Shown here piece by piece: positions 8,214-17,370 of a stretch of DNA of 64,000 nucleotides. Position 1 is the first letter of the stretch, and the number at the start of each line of letters is the position of its first letter. Position numbers and translations under genes: made by a program. Source of the DNA: a virus. The DNA lies in IMG/VR virus record IMGVR_UViG_3300010388_000228, positions 1 to 64,000 of that record; one strand, written 5' to 3'. The notes below the pieces were generated by a model that saw only the letters and a program-made list of their open reading frames with translations, made no database searches and was not told where the DNA came from.

Positions 8214-8468
8214 ATACTATAGTAAGAATAACGATAATAATAACTCTTTACATACCATAACACACTATAGTATAATAAGCAATAGTTACAGCAATCCAAA
8301 CTATAGTAACAGTAAACGCTATAGTATAATAAGTATGCCTAACTATCCACACTATAGTATAGACTATAGTGATAATACTAATGATCCACGCTATAGTAAG
8401 AGAATCATAGAGGTTCCCTATAGTAGCGTATAAGAGAACCCTGACTATAGTAAAAACTATAGTATAGA
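8214..8468. repeat. AT-rich non-coding cluster of about 10 palindromic CTATAG (ACTATAGT) motifs
   Basis: CTATAG recurs roughly every 10-50 bp; no ORF of 60 aa or more. Confidence 0.75.
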
Positions 8469-8777
8469 GATGAAAGCGAGGCCTGCAAAAAATTTTTTGA
8501 AAAAGGTTAACAATAGATGAGGCCTATGGTGGTTACAGGAGATATTGTTAACCAATGGCAGCAGGCCTGCAGGAATTATGAGGTTTTTGGAGGTTTTGGC
8601 AAAAGTATGACGCAAGTATGGTGGTATTCATTGTAGCTATGCCGTCCAACCACCCATTCCTGCTATATCGTTACAGTTATATTACAGTGGTAAAATTGTG
8701 CCAAAACAGTGCTTTACAATACCAAAACAGTGTGCTATACTATGCACATATTAACAAACTAACTGGAGCGTACCAAA

Positions 8778-8948
8778 ATGCACTTAATATTTGAACTTAT
8801 TGGTCTTGTATTCCTAGCAGCCATCTCTATAGCGTTGCTTGCCACAATACTATTAGTAATAGGCGCAGTCGGATTATTTCAAACACACAATCCATTGTTT
8901 GTACTACCATTGTTATTTGGTGTAATGCTTGCAAGCGCGTTGGATTAA
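8778..8948 (+). CDS. small two-TM membrane protein (56 aa; not in ORF track)
   Basis: TTTACA..TATACT promoter, GGAGCG RBS, MHLIFELIGLVFLAAISIALLATILLVIGAVG... Confidence 0.6.
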   Translation: MHLIFELIGLVFLAAISIALLATILLVIGAVGLFQTHNPLFVLPLLFGVMLASALD

Positions 8949-8955
8949 AAACCAG

Positions 8956-9018
8956 TTGACACTCTATACTATACTATAGTATAATAAACACTTACTAACA
9001 CACAATGCGGAGCGCAAT
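8956..9018 (+). promoter_or_regulatory. sigma70-type promoter plus conserved leader (cttactaacacacaatgcGGAGCG)
   Basis: TTGACA..TATAAT; the same leader precedes the ATGs at 61, 10430, 11508 and 12904. Confidence 0.75.
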
Positions 9019-9897
9019 ATGCAACAACCAATAGCTAAACCCCAAATGATTACTATAGACACTCTTAAGTCAACTCGTACTATAGCGCAAAGACCAGCCG
9101 AACCAGTATCACACGAAACAGATGAAGAGATTGTAGAACGATTGCGTACACGGTTTGCCATACTAGATAACATGACTCGTGCAGTAAAGAAAGGTGATGT
9201 GCGAGCAATGATTGTAAGTGGACCTCCGGGCGTAGGTAAGTCACATGGTATTGAAACAGTGTTATCTAGACACGATGTATTCGCTACTATAGCGCAAGAT
9301 GACAGCTTAAAGAAGTATGAGATTGCTAAAGGTAACATTAGCGCGTTAGGACTGTACCAGATGCTGTGGAACTTCAAAGACCATCGCTCTATAGTAGTGT
9401 TTGATGACTGCGATAGTGTATTGTTTGATGATATCGCGTTAAACCTGTTAAAAGCAGCATTGGACACAGGGCGCAAGCGTACTATCAGTTGGCACACAGA
9501 GTCACGCATACTAAAAGAAGCAGGGATTCCAAACAGTTTTGACTTTGAAGGTGGATGTATATTCATTACAAATGTTAAGTTTGACCATGTACGTAGTAAG
9601 AAGTTAAAGGACCATTTAGAAGCGTTAGAGTCACGGTGCCACTACTTGGATCTCACTATAGATACAGAGCGCGAAAAGATGTTACGCATCAAGCAAATCG
9701 TAGGGGATGGAATGCTTGATAAGTATGAGTTCGTCAATGGCGAAGCGGACGAAGTAGTACAGTATATAGACGCGCATAGAAAGAAGATGCGTGAGTTAAG
9801 TTTGCGTATGGTTCTTAAGGTTGCCGACTTGCGTAAGAGCATGCCAAACAACTGGGAGACTGTAGCTTCCATTACATGTATGCGACCACAACGATAA
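9019..9897 (+). CDS. P-loop/AAA+ ATPase
   Basis: Walker A GPPGVGKS, Walker B VVFDDCD, sensor-like FITN, ALESRC. Confidence 0.85.
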   Translation: MQQPIAKPQMITIDTLKSTRTIAQRPAEPVSHETDEEIVERLRTRFAILDNMTRAVKKGDVRAMIVSGPPGVGKSHGIETVLSRHDVFATIAQDDSLKKYEIAKGNISALGLYQMLWNFKDHRSIVVFDDCDSVLFDDIALNLLKAALDTGRKRTISWHTESRILKEAGIPNSFDFEGGCIFITNVKFDHVRSKKLKDHLEALESRCHYLDLTIDTEREKMLRIKQIVGDGMLDKYEFVNGEADEVVQYIDAHRKKMRELSLRMVLKVADLRKSMPNNWETVASITCMRPQR

Positions 9898-9916
9898 TAA
9901 GAATCGCATATAATTA

Positions 9917-10035
9917 AGAATACTATTGATTCGCTCCCAATAGTATTCTACACTATAGTATAGATTCGCTCCCTATACTATAGTAAACTCTCAAAGCTCA
10001 CTTTAGATTCGCTCCCTAAAGTGAGCTTTTTCTTT
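9917..10035 (+). ncRNA. three-hairpin RNA element with identical AUUCGCUCC loops; third hairpin doubles as intrinsic terminator
   Basis: Perfect stems 9917-9949 (12 bp), 9952-9984 (12 bp) and 9993-10029 (14 bp); U tract after the third. Confidence 0.6.
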
Positions 10036-10429
10036 ATATTAAAAACCAGACCCTGTACTCTGGTACTAGGTCGGTCTATAAACGTGAAAAACGGCAAAAA
10101 CATGGTGTTGCAGACCGCTAACGACGCGGGCCAAAAACCAAAGATGAGTCTTAAATATAGGAGCCTGGACTAGTAATAGGCCCCGCTGTGCAGTTATACT
10201 CATATGCGTATATGCGTGTATTATTACACTATAGTGTATCATAGCGTAAAATGCGCTGTAATGCGTTACACGCGCTGGTGCGTACTTATGCTATAGTATG
10301 TTATGCGCTTATAATATAACACGCTACACACGCACATACAAGCGAGCGTATACGAGTAACAAAGTTCTTTACAGACCCCGCTGTATATGTTATACTATGT
10401 ACTTACTAACAACAACTGCGGAGCACGCA

Positions 10430-10732
10430 ATGAAGTTATGCAATGTACCACAAGACTTATTAGCAAAGCAAGCAATGATAGATACTATTCCAGACATGAT
10501 TTGGATAGCACTAATAGTAACCTTGCTTAGTGGACTATACTATATGTATAAGAGGTTACGGGCAGATGATGCATTAGATCCAAAGGATGATGTAGCAATG
10601 GGATTCTTTCTTATAGTATTAACTATCGGCGGAGCACTGTTGTCAGCCGAGTTGCTCAAACATATCATAACCGCATTCCTTAATCCAGAGTATGCAGCAA
10701 TGGTTAAGTTTACTGCAGAGTGCGTCAAATGA
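10430..10732 (+). CDS. hypothetical membrane protein (2 TM)
   Basis: Start at 10430 after promoter and GGAGC; two hydrophobic helices. Confidence 0.65.
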   Translation: MKLCNVPQDLLAKQAMIDTIPDMIWIALIVTLLSGLYYMYKRLRADDALDPKDDVAMGFFLIVLTIGGALLSAELLKHIITAFLNPEYAAMVKFTAECVK

Positions 10733-11277
10733 TCCGCGCTGCCATTCTCGCTACTATAGTAGTAATGCCGATACATGCGGATGTGTATCGGTATACAGGA
10801 GCAGATGGGAGAGTTTGGTTAACTGATCATCCACAAGAGATCGCAACATCTGCCAAACCTACTACTATAGTAAAGAAACCGGAGACTCGCCCACTAACTC
10901 GATGGGAGATCAACCACTATGTTCATGCTGCGGCAAAGAAGTATGGAGTGGATGAGAAGTTAGTTCATGCAGTCATTAAAACGGAAAGTACATATCGTAA
11001 ATCGGCTGTAAGTAAGAAGGGAGCAGCTGGATTGATGCAGCTGATGCCAGCAACGGCAGAGCGATTTGGTGTGAGTGATCGGATGGATGAGCGGCAGAAC
11101 ATAGAGGGCGGAGTCCGGTTCCTAAGGTTCTTGCTCGATACATTCAAAGATACCAAACTAGCGGTTGCCGGATACAATGCGGGCGAGCATGCGGTAATGC
11201 GACATAAGAACCGGATTCCACCATATCCGGAAACCCGAAACTATGTGGGATTGGTAATGGCGGCATACACTGAATAA
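10729..11277 (+). CDS. secreted soluble lytic transglycosylase (SLT) with DUF4124-like N-terminus
   Basis: Signal peptide; ADVYRYTGADG..TDHP; AVIKTES, GAAGLMQLMP, AGYNAGE, PPYPETRNYV. Confidence 0.9.
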   Translation: MIRAAILATIVVMPIHADVYRYTGADGRVWLTDHPQEIATSAKPTTIVKKPETRPLTRWEINHYVHAAAKKYGVDEKLVHAVIKTESTYRKSAVSKKGAAGLMQLMPATAERFGVSDRMDERQNIEGGVRFLRFLLDTFKDTKLAVAGYNAGEHAVMRHKNRIPPYPETRNYVGLVMAAYTE

Positions 11278-11507
11278 CAAACCAGTTGACAACCAATGCG
11301 TAGTTTGCTATACTATGCGTGTACTATATATAAGAGGAGCAAGCAATAATGTCGTTTTTATATAATTTCGCAGTGTTTACTACTATAGTATTACTAAGTG
11401 TAATCGCGTTATTGAACTGGTATGAGTTAGTGATTTAAAAAGTTCTTTACAAACCAAAGTTAGTTTGTTATACTATACACTTACTAACAAGCAATGCGGA
11501 GCGTACA

Positions 11508-11696
11508 ATGTATAAACTAACACTTACTACCACAAGCAAGCATCCAGTAATTATTTACTTTGGTGCCAACGGTATCGCAGTATCACCAAGTGACATGTTC
11601 ACTTATGTGTATGTAAATGGCAACAGCTGGCAAACAGAAGAATCAGCTGAGTCGATCGAAGCGCGTATTGATGCAGCGATTGCGGCACGTGGTTAA
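11508..11696 (+). CDS. small hypothetical early protein
   Basis: Own promoter and GGAGCG RBS; similar to 789..983. Confidence 0.65.
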   Translation: MYKLTLTTTSKHPVIIYFGANGIAVSPSDMFTYVYVNGNSWQTEESAESIEARIDAAIAARG

Positions 11697-11804
11697 CAAA
11701 CTACTTGCAAAATGTTTTAAAACGTGTATAATATGTAACAAGTTAGCAAGCAAGCTAACTAGCAGTAAAACAACTTAACTTTTCTATTTTTTGGAGCGTA
11801 CAAT

Positions 11805-12167
11805 ATGTCAAAAGTAATCACAGTTGCAACAGTTGAAAAAACATTCACATTCGCTGGCGTTAGCGACCTCAACGGTGTGTACAAAATCCGCTTTGCTAAC
11901 AGCGCGGATCGTGTGAAAGTGTTACACCGCAATGGGCACTTAGACATTCGCTTAGTAGCGTTAGCGGGTGCAATGACTAAATATGAAGCAGCAATGGCAA
12001 TCAAAGACTTAGAGGAGTTCGCGGACTTAGATGCACAACAAGCATTCGATGACTTCTTTAGCAAAACTGCTATCGTTACTCCCAAAACTGCTGTAATTGA
12101 GACAGCAGATGATGTAGACTATGCGGCAGCAGCAGATGCATTGGAAGCTGAGTTAGCGACAGCATAA
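11805..12167 (+). CDS. hypothetical early protein, family A
   Basis: GVSD..YKIRF..H.DIR..FAD..AQ.A...F.SK shared with 17662..18039. Confidence 0.7.
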   Translation: MSKVITVATVEKTFTFAGVSDLNGVYKIRFANSADRVKVLHRNGHLDIRLVALAGAMTKYEAAMAIKDLEEFADLDAQQAFDDFFSKTAIVTPKTAVIETADDVDYAAAADALEAELATA

Positions 12168-12175
12168 GGTAATAG

Positions 12176-12206
12176 GCCCCGCTGTATGTATATGTGCGGC
12201 GGGGCG
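12176..12206 (+). terminator. hairpin built on the GCCCCGCTG motif
   Basis: gccccgctg...cggcggggc pairing right after the stop codon. Confidence 0.4.
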
Positions 12207-12231
12207 ACTTAACTACTTAGTTGGAGTTGTT

Positions 12232-12405
12232 ATGGATACTATAGAGCAAAACTTAACAGAGCAATTGGCAATACTTCAAACACGCAGTGCGACCTTAATG
12301 CAAGAGCGCAAAGAGTTCTTTGCTGAAATGTATGAAGATTGGGAAAACGAGATAGATGATGCATATGAACCAATAGCCTGGTACGACATGTGGGACGATG
12401 AGTAA
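12232..12405 (+). CDS. small acidic protein (57 aa; not in ORF track)
   Basis: GGAG RBS; MDTIEQNL...EDWENEIDDAYEPIAWYDMWDDE. Confidence 0.55.
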   Translation: MDTIEQNLTEQLAILQTRSATLMQERKEFFAEMYEDWENEIDDAYEPIAWYDMWDDE

Positions 12406-12552
12406 CCGGCAATCCGACCGACCTCCCCCCCCCCCGGATAGACCCCGCTGCTTACACACGCGTGTGCGGGCGCGTATGATGTATAAAGTTCTTTACAAAC
12501 CATGTGTTATACTGTATAATATGTTTTTTAACTACTACAGCGTGCTACTACT

Positions 12553-12810
12553 ATGTCAAAATACAATGTATCATTAAACGCCAAACTTAAAGCATACAAG
12601 CAAGCCGAAGCGGAGGCAGCTGCCCAAAAGCCAAAGCGCCTAGTATCAATAGAGACCGCCCGCCAAATCCGTTCGCTCCGCTCTCAATTGAGTGCCGCGC
12701 GTGTCAACTCTAAGCAGTATCTTGAGATCAACACACAGCTAAACCGTATATACATTGCGGAGATGGCACTTGATGAAGCGTTTGAGAAAGCGCAGTTAGA
12801 AGCCGCATAG
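12553..12810 (+). CDS. hypothetical early protein, family B
   Basis: NSKQYLEIN..N..Y..E shared with 13732..13920; own promoter. Confidence 0.65.
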   Translation: MSKYNVSLNAKLKAYKQAEAEAAAQKPKRLVSIETARQIRSLRSQLSAARVNSKQYLEINTQLNRIYIAEMALDEAFEKAQLEAA

Positions 12811-12903
12811 TATAGATATACCGGCAGGCGGTTAACAAAGTTCTTTACAAACCGCCTGCTATGCTTTATAATATACACTTACTAAACAACAACGGAGCGT
12901 CAA

Positions 12904-13251
12904 ATGCACCCATATAACCAAGCTAAAATTAACATGTCAGCTGCCAATAATGCTATTATTGCGCAGTACAATTGGACTATCAGTAAAACTACAGCAATAT
13001 ATATGGTTGCTGATTATGAGTTTGCTGAAGAATGGGCGCAGGACTTTATGACACATCCAGCACACATTGACAAAAAGATTAAAGCGATATACAATGCTTT
13101 TCCGGACAAACACGAGCTATGGAACAATAACACGTTGAAAGCGCAGTTAGTAGAGAAAGTTGAAGCGCATACGGACTTAGTGGATTACATTAACGGGCTG
13201 TTACGAAACGCTGAGTTCGTTGAGTGCTGTGCGCAAGGTGAGGGGTTGTAG
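12904..13251 (+). CDS. hypothetical early protein, family C
   Basis: AD..FAEEW..HPAHI..LWN..VE.H.DLVDYIN..AEFV shared with 16050..16397. Confidence 0.7.
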   Translation: MHPYNQAKINMSAANNAIIAQYNWTISKTTAIYMVADYEFAEEWAQDFMTHPAHIDKKIKAIYNAFPDKHELWNNNTLKAQLVEKVEAHTDLVDYINGLLRNAEFVECCAQGEGL

Positions 13252-13264
13252 AGTAAAATACCAT

Positions 13265-13344
13265 TTGCTAACTTGCGTTTAGTTTGCTATACTATGTGCA
13301 AGTTAGCAATAACGCTAACTTATAACTATAGCGTGTAAACTACT
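13265..13344 (+). promoter_or_regulatory. repeated promoter cassette: TTGCTA-17-TATACT, AAGTTAGC-aataac-GCTAACTT palindrome, AGCGTG leader
   Basis: Near-identical copies at about 13649, 13944, 14395, 15974, 16492 and 17472; variants at about 11705 and reversed at about 20045-20100. Confidence 0.8.
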
Positions 13345-13626
13345 ATGCCAAAAACTGCTAACCCTGTTGTAATCGCTACACTCAAACAATGTGTTACTAA
13401 CTTCAATGCTCAAGCAAAAGAGTATTTCGAAACAACGGATCGCGATCTCAGTGATCTTGGGTTGTTGTGTACTGAAGATGCCAAGTACAACCAAAAGTGT
13501 TTAATCAGTTATATGAAGACTGGCGACTACGATGAGTTAATCGGTAAGTTGGTATATCAGGATACTCTACCAAGAGAACGAGTTATCTATGCAATGATGG
13601 AAGCCGGCTGCTATCCGGAGGTGTGA
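13345..13626 (+). CDS. hypothetical early protein
   Basis: ORF directly downstream of a promoter cassette. Confidence 0.65.
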   Translation: MPKTANPVVIATLKQCVTNFNAQAKEYFETTDRDLSDLGLLCTEDAKYNQKCLISYMKTGDYDELIGKLVYQDTLPRERVIYAMMEAGCYPEV

Positions 13627-13731
13627 AAATATAGATCAAAAGTATCAGTTGCTAACCTGTGCTTAGTTTGCTATACTATGTGCAAGTTAGCAATAACGCT
13701 AACTTTTAACACTACTACAGCGTACACTACT

Positions 13732-13920
13732 ATGTCAAAAATACTCTATGTTACCTCAGCAGCGCGTATCAAATACATTAACATGCTCACACGCCAATTG
13801 CGTACTAAACCAAAAAACAGCAAACCATATCTCGAGTTAAACGATGCAATCAACAAGTTCTACAAAGAGGAGCTTGAAGCAGCTGATGCAGTAGCACGCG
13901 GCGAGCTTGTGGAGCTATAG
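13732..13920 (+). CDS. hypothetical early protein, family B
   Basis: Start at ATG 13732 after the cassette; NSKPYLELN. Confidence 0.65.
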   Translation: MSKILYVTSAARIKYINMLTRQLRTKPKNSKPYLELNDAINKFYKEELEAADAVARGELVEL

Positions 13921-14022
13921 GTTAAAGCTTCGTAAAAAACCATTTGCTAACTTGCGCTTAGTTTGCTATAATATGTGCAAGTTAGCAATAACGCTAACTT
14001 ATAACTTTACAGCGTGTATATT

Positions 14023-14373
14023 ATGCAAAATAAAATTACTAATATTATTAAAAACGCAGCAGCATCGCACAACCTCGAAGTCACAATTACACACAACTGG
14101 AGCAATACGGGCACCATGTTTATCACTAAAGCGAACAGTATGGAAACAGTGACTAAGCTGGACTTTTGGTTCTATCAAAACTATGTAACGTTCGATGCTC
14201 GCACACGCGGTGTAACGATTAATCCAAAAGCTAAAGCATTGGATTACAGTGAAACAATTGACTACGTGAATCACGTGGAGTTTGAAAACTTTATGCAACG
14301 ATTAGTTGGCAGCTGGGGTGCTGTTGAGTTGCAAGACTTAAGCGATGTAATTGACTCATATGCGGTAGCATAG
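14023..14373 (+). CDS. hypothetical early protein
   Basis: ATG 14023 after the cassette and AGCGTG. Confidence 0.65.
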   Translation: MQNKITNIIKNAAASHNLEVTITHNWSNTGTMFITKANSMETVTKLDFWFYQNYVTFDARTRGVTINPKAKALDYSETIDYVNHVEFENFMQRLVGSWGAVELQDLSDVIDSYAVA

Positions 14374-14482
14374 AGCAAGCGGTAAACAAAACGCTTGCAA
14401 TGTTGTAAGCGTTTTGCTATACTATGTGCAAGTTAGCAATGTTGCTAACTTGTTAAACAAACTACTACACTGGAGCGCCACA

Positions 14483-14890
14483 ATGCAAACTACTACTAAA
14501 TTACTTAAAAACACAGCTAACGCTATTGCTCACGTTGTATCACACACATCGGACGAAGTCAAACTTCCAGCTTATGTGTGCTTGCAGGATATTAAGCGTA
14601 GAGATGCAGAGAATGTGGAATTGTACAGTGCGGTACAGTTGCATGTTGGGGAAGCGTTGTTAGCGCATATTGAGGATGTGTATATACAGAGCAACGTGTA
14701 TTTGAACTACCGCAAAAAGTTTATTGCCGTTAAAGTCAACAGTCCCAAGTTTACTGATAAAGCAAGTTTAAGAGCAGCGAAGTTAGATATATGGGCAGAG
14801 GCTAATGGAATTGTAATTGAGCATACGAGACACGGCAACATGGTGTACAGAGCTAACATGGATGCACTGGATGCCATAGCAGCCGCATAG
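14483..14890 (+). CDS. hypothetical early protein
   Basis: ATG 14483 after GGAGCG. Confidence 0.65.
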   Translation: MQTTTKLLKNTANAIAHVVSHTSDEVKLPAYVCLQDIKRRDAENVELYSAVQLHVGEALLAHIEDVYIQSNVYLNYRKKFIAVKVNSPKFTDKASLRAAKLDIWAEANGIVIEHTRHGNMVYRANMDALDAIAAA

Positions 14891-15001
14891 GCCCCGCTGC
14901 TTATACACGCGCATTGCAGGCACAATGGTTAATAAACTGCTTGCAATGCGCGTACAATAGTGTATAATATACACAACTTAAACAAATAGCGTGTAAAAAT
15001 T

Positions 15002-15157
15002 ATGCAAGTAAAAAACATTAAACTGATACACACATATTGCAGTACGTGTGGGGACTTGAGTGTACTACACAACATGGAAACAGATGAGCTCGAACCATGT
15101 TGGGCTTGTGAGCAAACTGAAGCAAATGACTTTAACGATAAAGCGGAGCGTGTATAA
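15002..15157 (+). CDS. small zinc-ribbon-like protein (51 aa; not in ORF track)
   Basis: CSTC...CWAC; promoter TTGCAA..TATAAT; TAATG overlap with next gene. Confidence 0.6.
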   Translation: MQVKNIKLIHTYCSTCGDLSVLHNMETDELEPCWACEQTEANDFNDKAERV

Positions 15158-15423
15158 TGGCAACAGGTATTATGAACAACGAAGTTAAACAACAACAAGC
15201 AGCGGAGTTAGCGGCTCGCGTGGCAATGTTCTTAGCAACCGGTGGACAGATTAAAACGACTAAAACAGGACGCAGAGGGCGTACGACAGTATCACAAGTT
15301 CATACTCCCCGCGTTGTGGTAGTAGAGAAACAACGATACACATGGGAAGAGGCAAAACGGGAGCTAGCGGAGATTGGCTTACTGACTAAGCCAGTACAAT
15401 CGGCAATCAAAGCACGCCAATAG
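15157..15423 (+). CDS. hypothetical early protein, family D
   Basis: V..FL..GG....K and W..A...L shared with 16574..16864. Confidence 0.65.
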   Translation: MATGIMNNEVKQQQAAELAARVAMFLATGGQIKTTKTGRRGRTTVSQVHTPRVVVVEKQRYTWEEAKRELAEIGLLTKPVQSAIKARQ

Positions 15424-15489
15424 ACCCCGCTGCTTACACGCGCGTATAATCGAGTACGCGCGTATTACAACAAATAATCGGAGCACATC

Positions 15490-15861
15490 ATGTTAATCCA
15501 AAAAGTATTGAAAAACCATATTAAGTTTTTAAACGATGTACAGGCTAAACTCGAAGACATTCACAACACCATTGCATTCAATACAGAGGTAACCCGGTCA
15601 CTATCGAATGGCTTCCATATGCTCAAAGAGAAGGAGCGTAAGACAGTTTCAAAAGTATTGCTAAATGATGTATCGAATGTAATTGGTTATAAGGAAGCTG
15701 ATGTAATTGATCTTGTGGCACAACTACATTACACGAGCGCAATGGGCATAGTGAGCACAACGGAAAGCGACTTATACGATTTAGTGTATTGCTTGGATAT
15801 TCCATTAATGATCGAGCGTATGAAACAACGATATGCTGAAGTAGAGAGTATGATGGCATAA
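15490..15861 (+). CDS. hypothetical early protein
   Basis: GGAGC RBS; 123-aa ORF. Confidence 0.6.
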   Translation: MLIQKVLKNHIKFLNDVQAKLEDIHNTIAFNTEVTRSLSNGFHMLKEKERKTVSKVLLNDVSNVIGYKEADVIDLVAQLHYTSAMGIVSTTESDLYDLVYCLDIPLMIERMKQRYAEVESMMA

Positions 15862-15872
15862 CTGATATATCG

Positions 15873-15888
15873 GGCACAGGGAAGTGCC
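15873..15888 (+). promoter_or_regulatory. CsrA/RsmA-type hairpin ggcac-AGGGAA-gtgcc
   Basis: Matches CANGGANG with a hexaloop on a 5-bp stem. Confidence 0.6.
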
Positions 15889-16049
15889 GATTAACCGGGC
15901 AACCTGACAGACCGACCAACCACCCCCCCCCCCCGGGTTGCCCACTAGTGGTAATAATACCAAAATAAAATGCTTTACAAAATGTTTTAATGTGCTATAC
16001 TATGTGCAAGTTAGCAATAACGCTAACTTATAACTATAGCGTGTAAATT

Positions 16050-16397
16050 ATGCAAAATACTACTACAGCAACAAACAACAAAATTAACGTATTAAACGCA
16101 AACACAAGCAAGTACCCGCTAACTCCCAGCGTAACAAGTACAGTGTTTATGTTGGCGGACGAGGGCTATGCGGAGGAGTGGGGCACTACTGAGCATCCGG
16201 TGCACATAATTGCGCAAATGGTAACAATATACAACAGACATTATGAAGCACATGATGACTTGTGGAACGATGATGCTGCGGTACAAGCGTTTATAGAGGA
16301 AGTAGAGGAGCACGAGGACTTAGTGGATTACATAAACAATGTGGCATTACAGGACGCTGAGTTTGTGTATAACTGCTTGTGTGGATCGGGACTATAA
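16050..16397 (+). CDS. hypothetical early protein, family C (acidic)
   Basis: Paralog of 12904..13251. Confidence 0.7.
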   Translation: MQNTTTATNNKINVLNANTSKYPLTPSVTSTVFMLADEGYAEEWGTTEHPVHIIAQMVTIYNRHYEAHDDLWNDDAAVQAFIEEVEEHEDLVDYINNVALQDAEFVYNCLCGSGL

Positions 16398-16406
16398 CGG
16401 ATACAA

Positions 16407-16424
16407 CGGCACAAGGAAGTGCCG
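16407..16424 (+). promoter_or_regulatory. CsrA/RsmA-type hairpin cggcac-AAGGAA-gtgccg
   Basis: ACANGGANGU consensus, 6-bp stem. Confidence 0.6.
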
Positions 16425-16573
16425 CTTTAATCGGCCCCGCTGTTTATGTGTACGCGTGTGGGCGCATGGTTAATAAAACTAAAAATAATGCTTTACTTAC
16501 CAGTTTTACTTTGCTATACTATGTGCAAGTTAGCAATAACGCTAACTTATAACTTTACAGCGTGCTTACTACT

Positions 16574-16864
16574 ATGTTTAATAATACAAACAAACAAACA
16601 AAAAACGCAGCAACAAACGCAGCAGTACAAGCGTTTTTGGACAACGGCGGTACAGTGACACGCCGCAAAAGCAATGTACCGGAAGTCAGTGCACCACCTG
16701 CCAACTACTTTACAAGTACTGATGCGCCGAAAGCAGTTGACAAATTGGACAGCTGGGAAGTAGCACTTGCAAAGCTAACAACGATATTACCGGGAAGCGG
16801 CATTAAGGTAGTATGGAACGACGGACGTGCGGCAAGCAGTGTAGAGGAACTGTACGGACTATAA
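16574..16864 (+). CDS. hypothetical early protein, family D
   Basis: ATG 16574; VQAFLDNGGTV. Confidence 0.65.
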   Translation: MFNNTNKQTKNAATNAAVQAFLDNGGTVTRRKSNVPEVSAPPANYFTSTDAPKAVDKLDSWEVALAKLTTILPGSGIKVVWNDGRAASSVEELYGL

Positions 16865-16874
16865 GGTAACACAG

Positions 16875-16890
16875 AGCACATGGACGTGCT
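16875..16890 (+). promoter_or_regulatory. CsrA/RsmA-type hairpin agcac-ATGGAC-gtgct
   Basis: ACANGGANGU consensus. Confidence 0.6.
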
Positions 16891-17134
16891 GAACAACCGA
16901 GCAATCGGACAGACCGACCAACCACCCCCCCCCCGGAGAAGACGATGAACCGAATTAACCCATTACTAGCCGCTACGTTCAACACCCAAACAGATCGTAG
17001 AGAGTCGGAACGCAGACGCACTGAGCAGTTAAGAGAGCAACGAGCTGCAAAGAACACTGCGAAGTATGGTAACAACGACTTTGCGAGTGTGTTGGCAAGT
17101 GCATTAGTTGGCTATAGATAAAACGAACATAACG

Positions 17135-17150
17135 GGCGCAAGGACGCGCC
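17135..17150 (+). promoter_or_regulatory. CsrA/RsmA-type hairpin ggcgc-AAGGAC-gcgcc
   Basis: CANGGANG with a covarying stem. Confidence 0.55.
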
Positions 17151-17172
17151 GAAATAACCGGAGCAAAGAATA

Positions 17173-17370
17173 ATGGGCAAATTATATATATTGAAAGTGA
17201 TGATGTTTATTGGGGCGCAGGAAATTGATAACACATTCATATATCCATCAGAAGCCGAGTGCCAAGCGCACCGAGCAATGGAAGTACAGTTACTGGACAA
17301 GCTGAATGAATCGGTGCTCACCGGATACGCGACACGCTGTGATGTTGCTGGTGACAGTGATATGAGATAA
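17173..17370 (+). CDS. small hypothetical protein
   Basis: GGAGC RBS; 65 aa. Confidence 0.55.
   Translation: MGKLYILKVMMFIGAQEIDNTFIYPSEAECQAHRAMEVQLLDKLNESVLTGYATRCDVAGDSDMR

Noticed and set aside
9917-10029. Mini-CRISPR or tRNA
   Set aside because: The shared unit is only 11 nt and forms the loop; the flanks are self-complementary stems rather than spacers; no cloverleaf.
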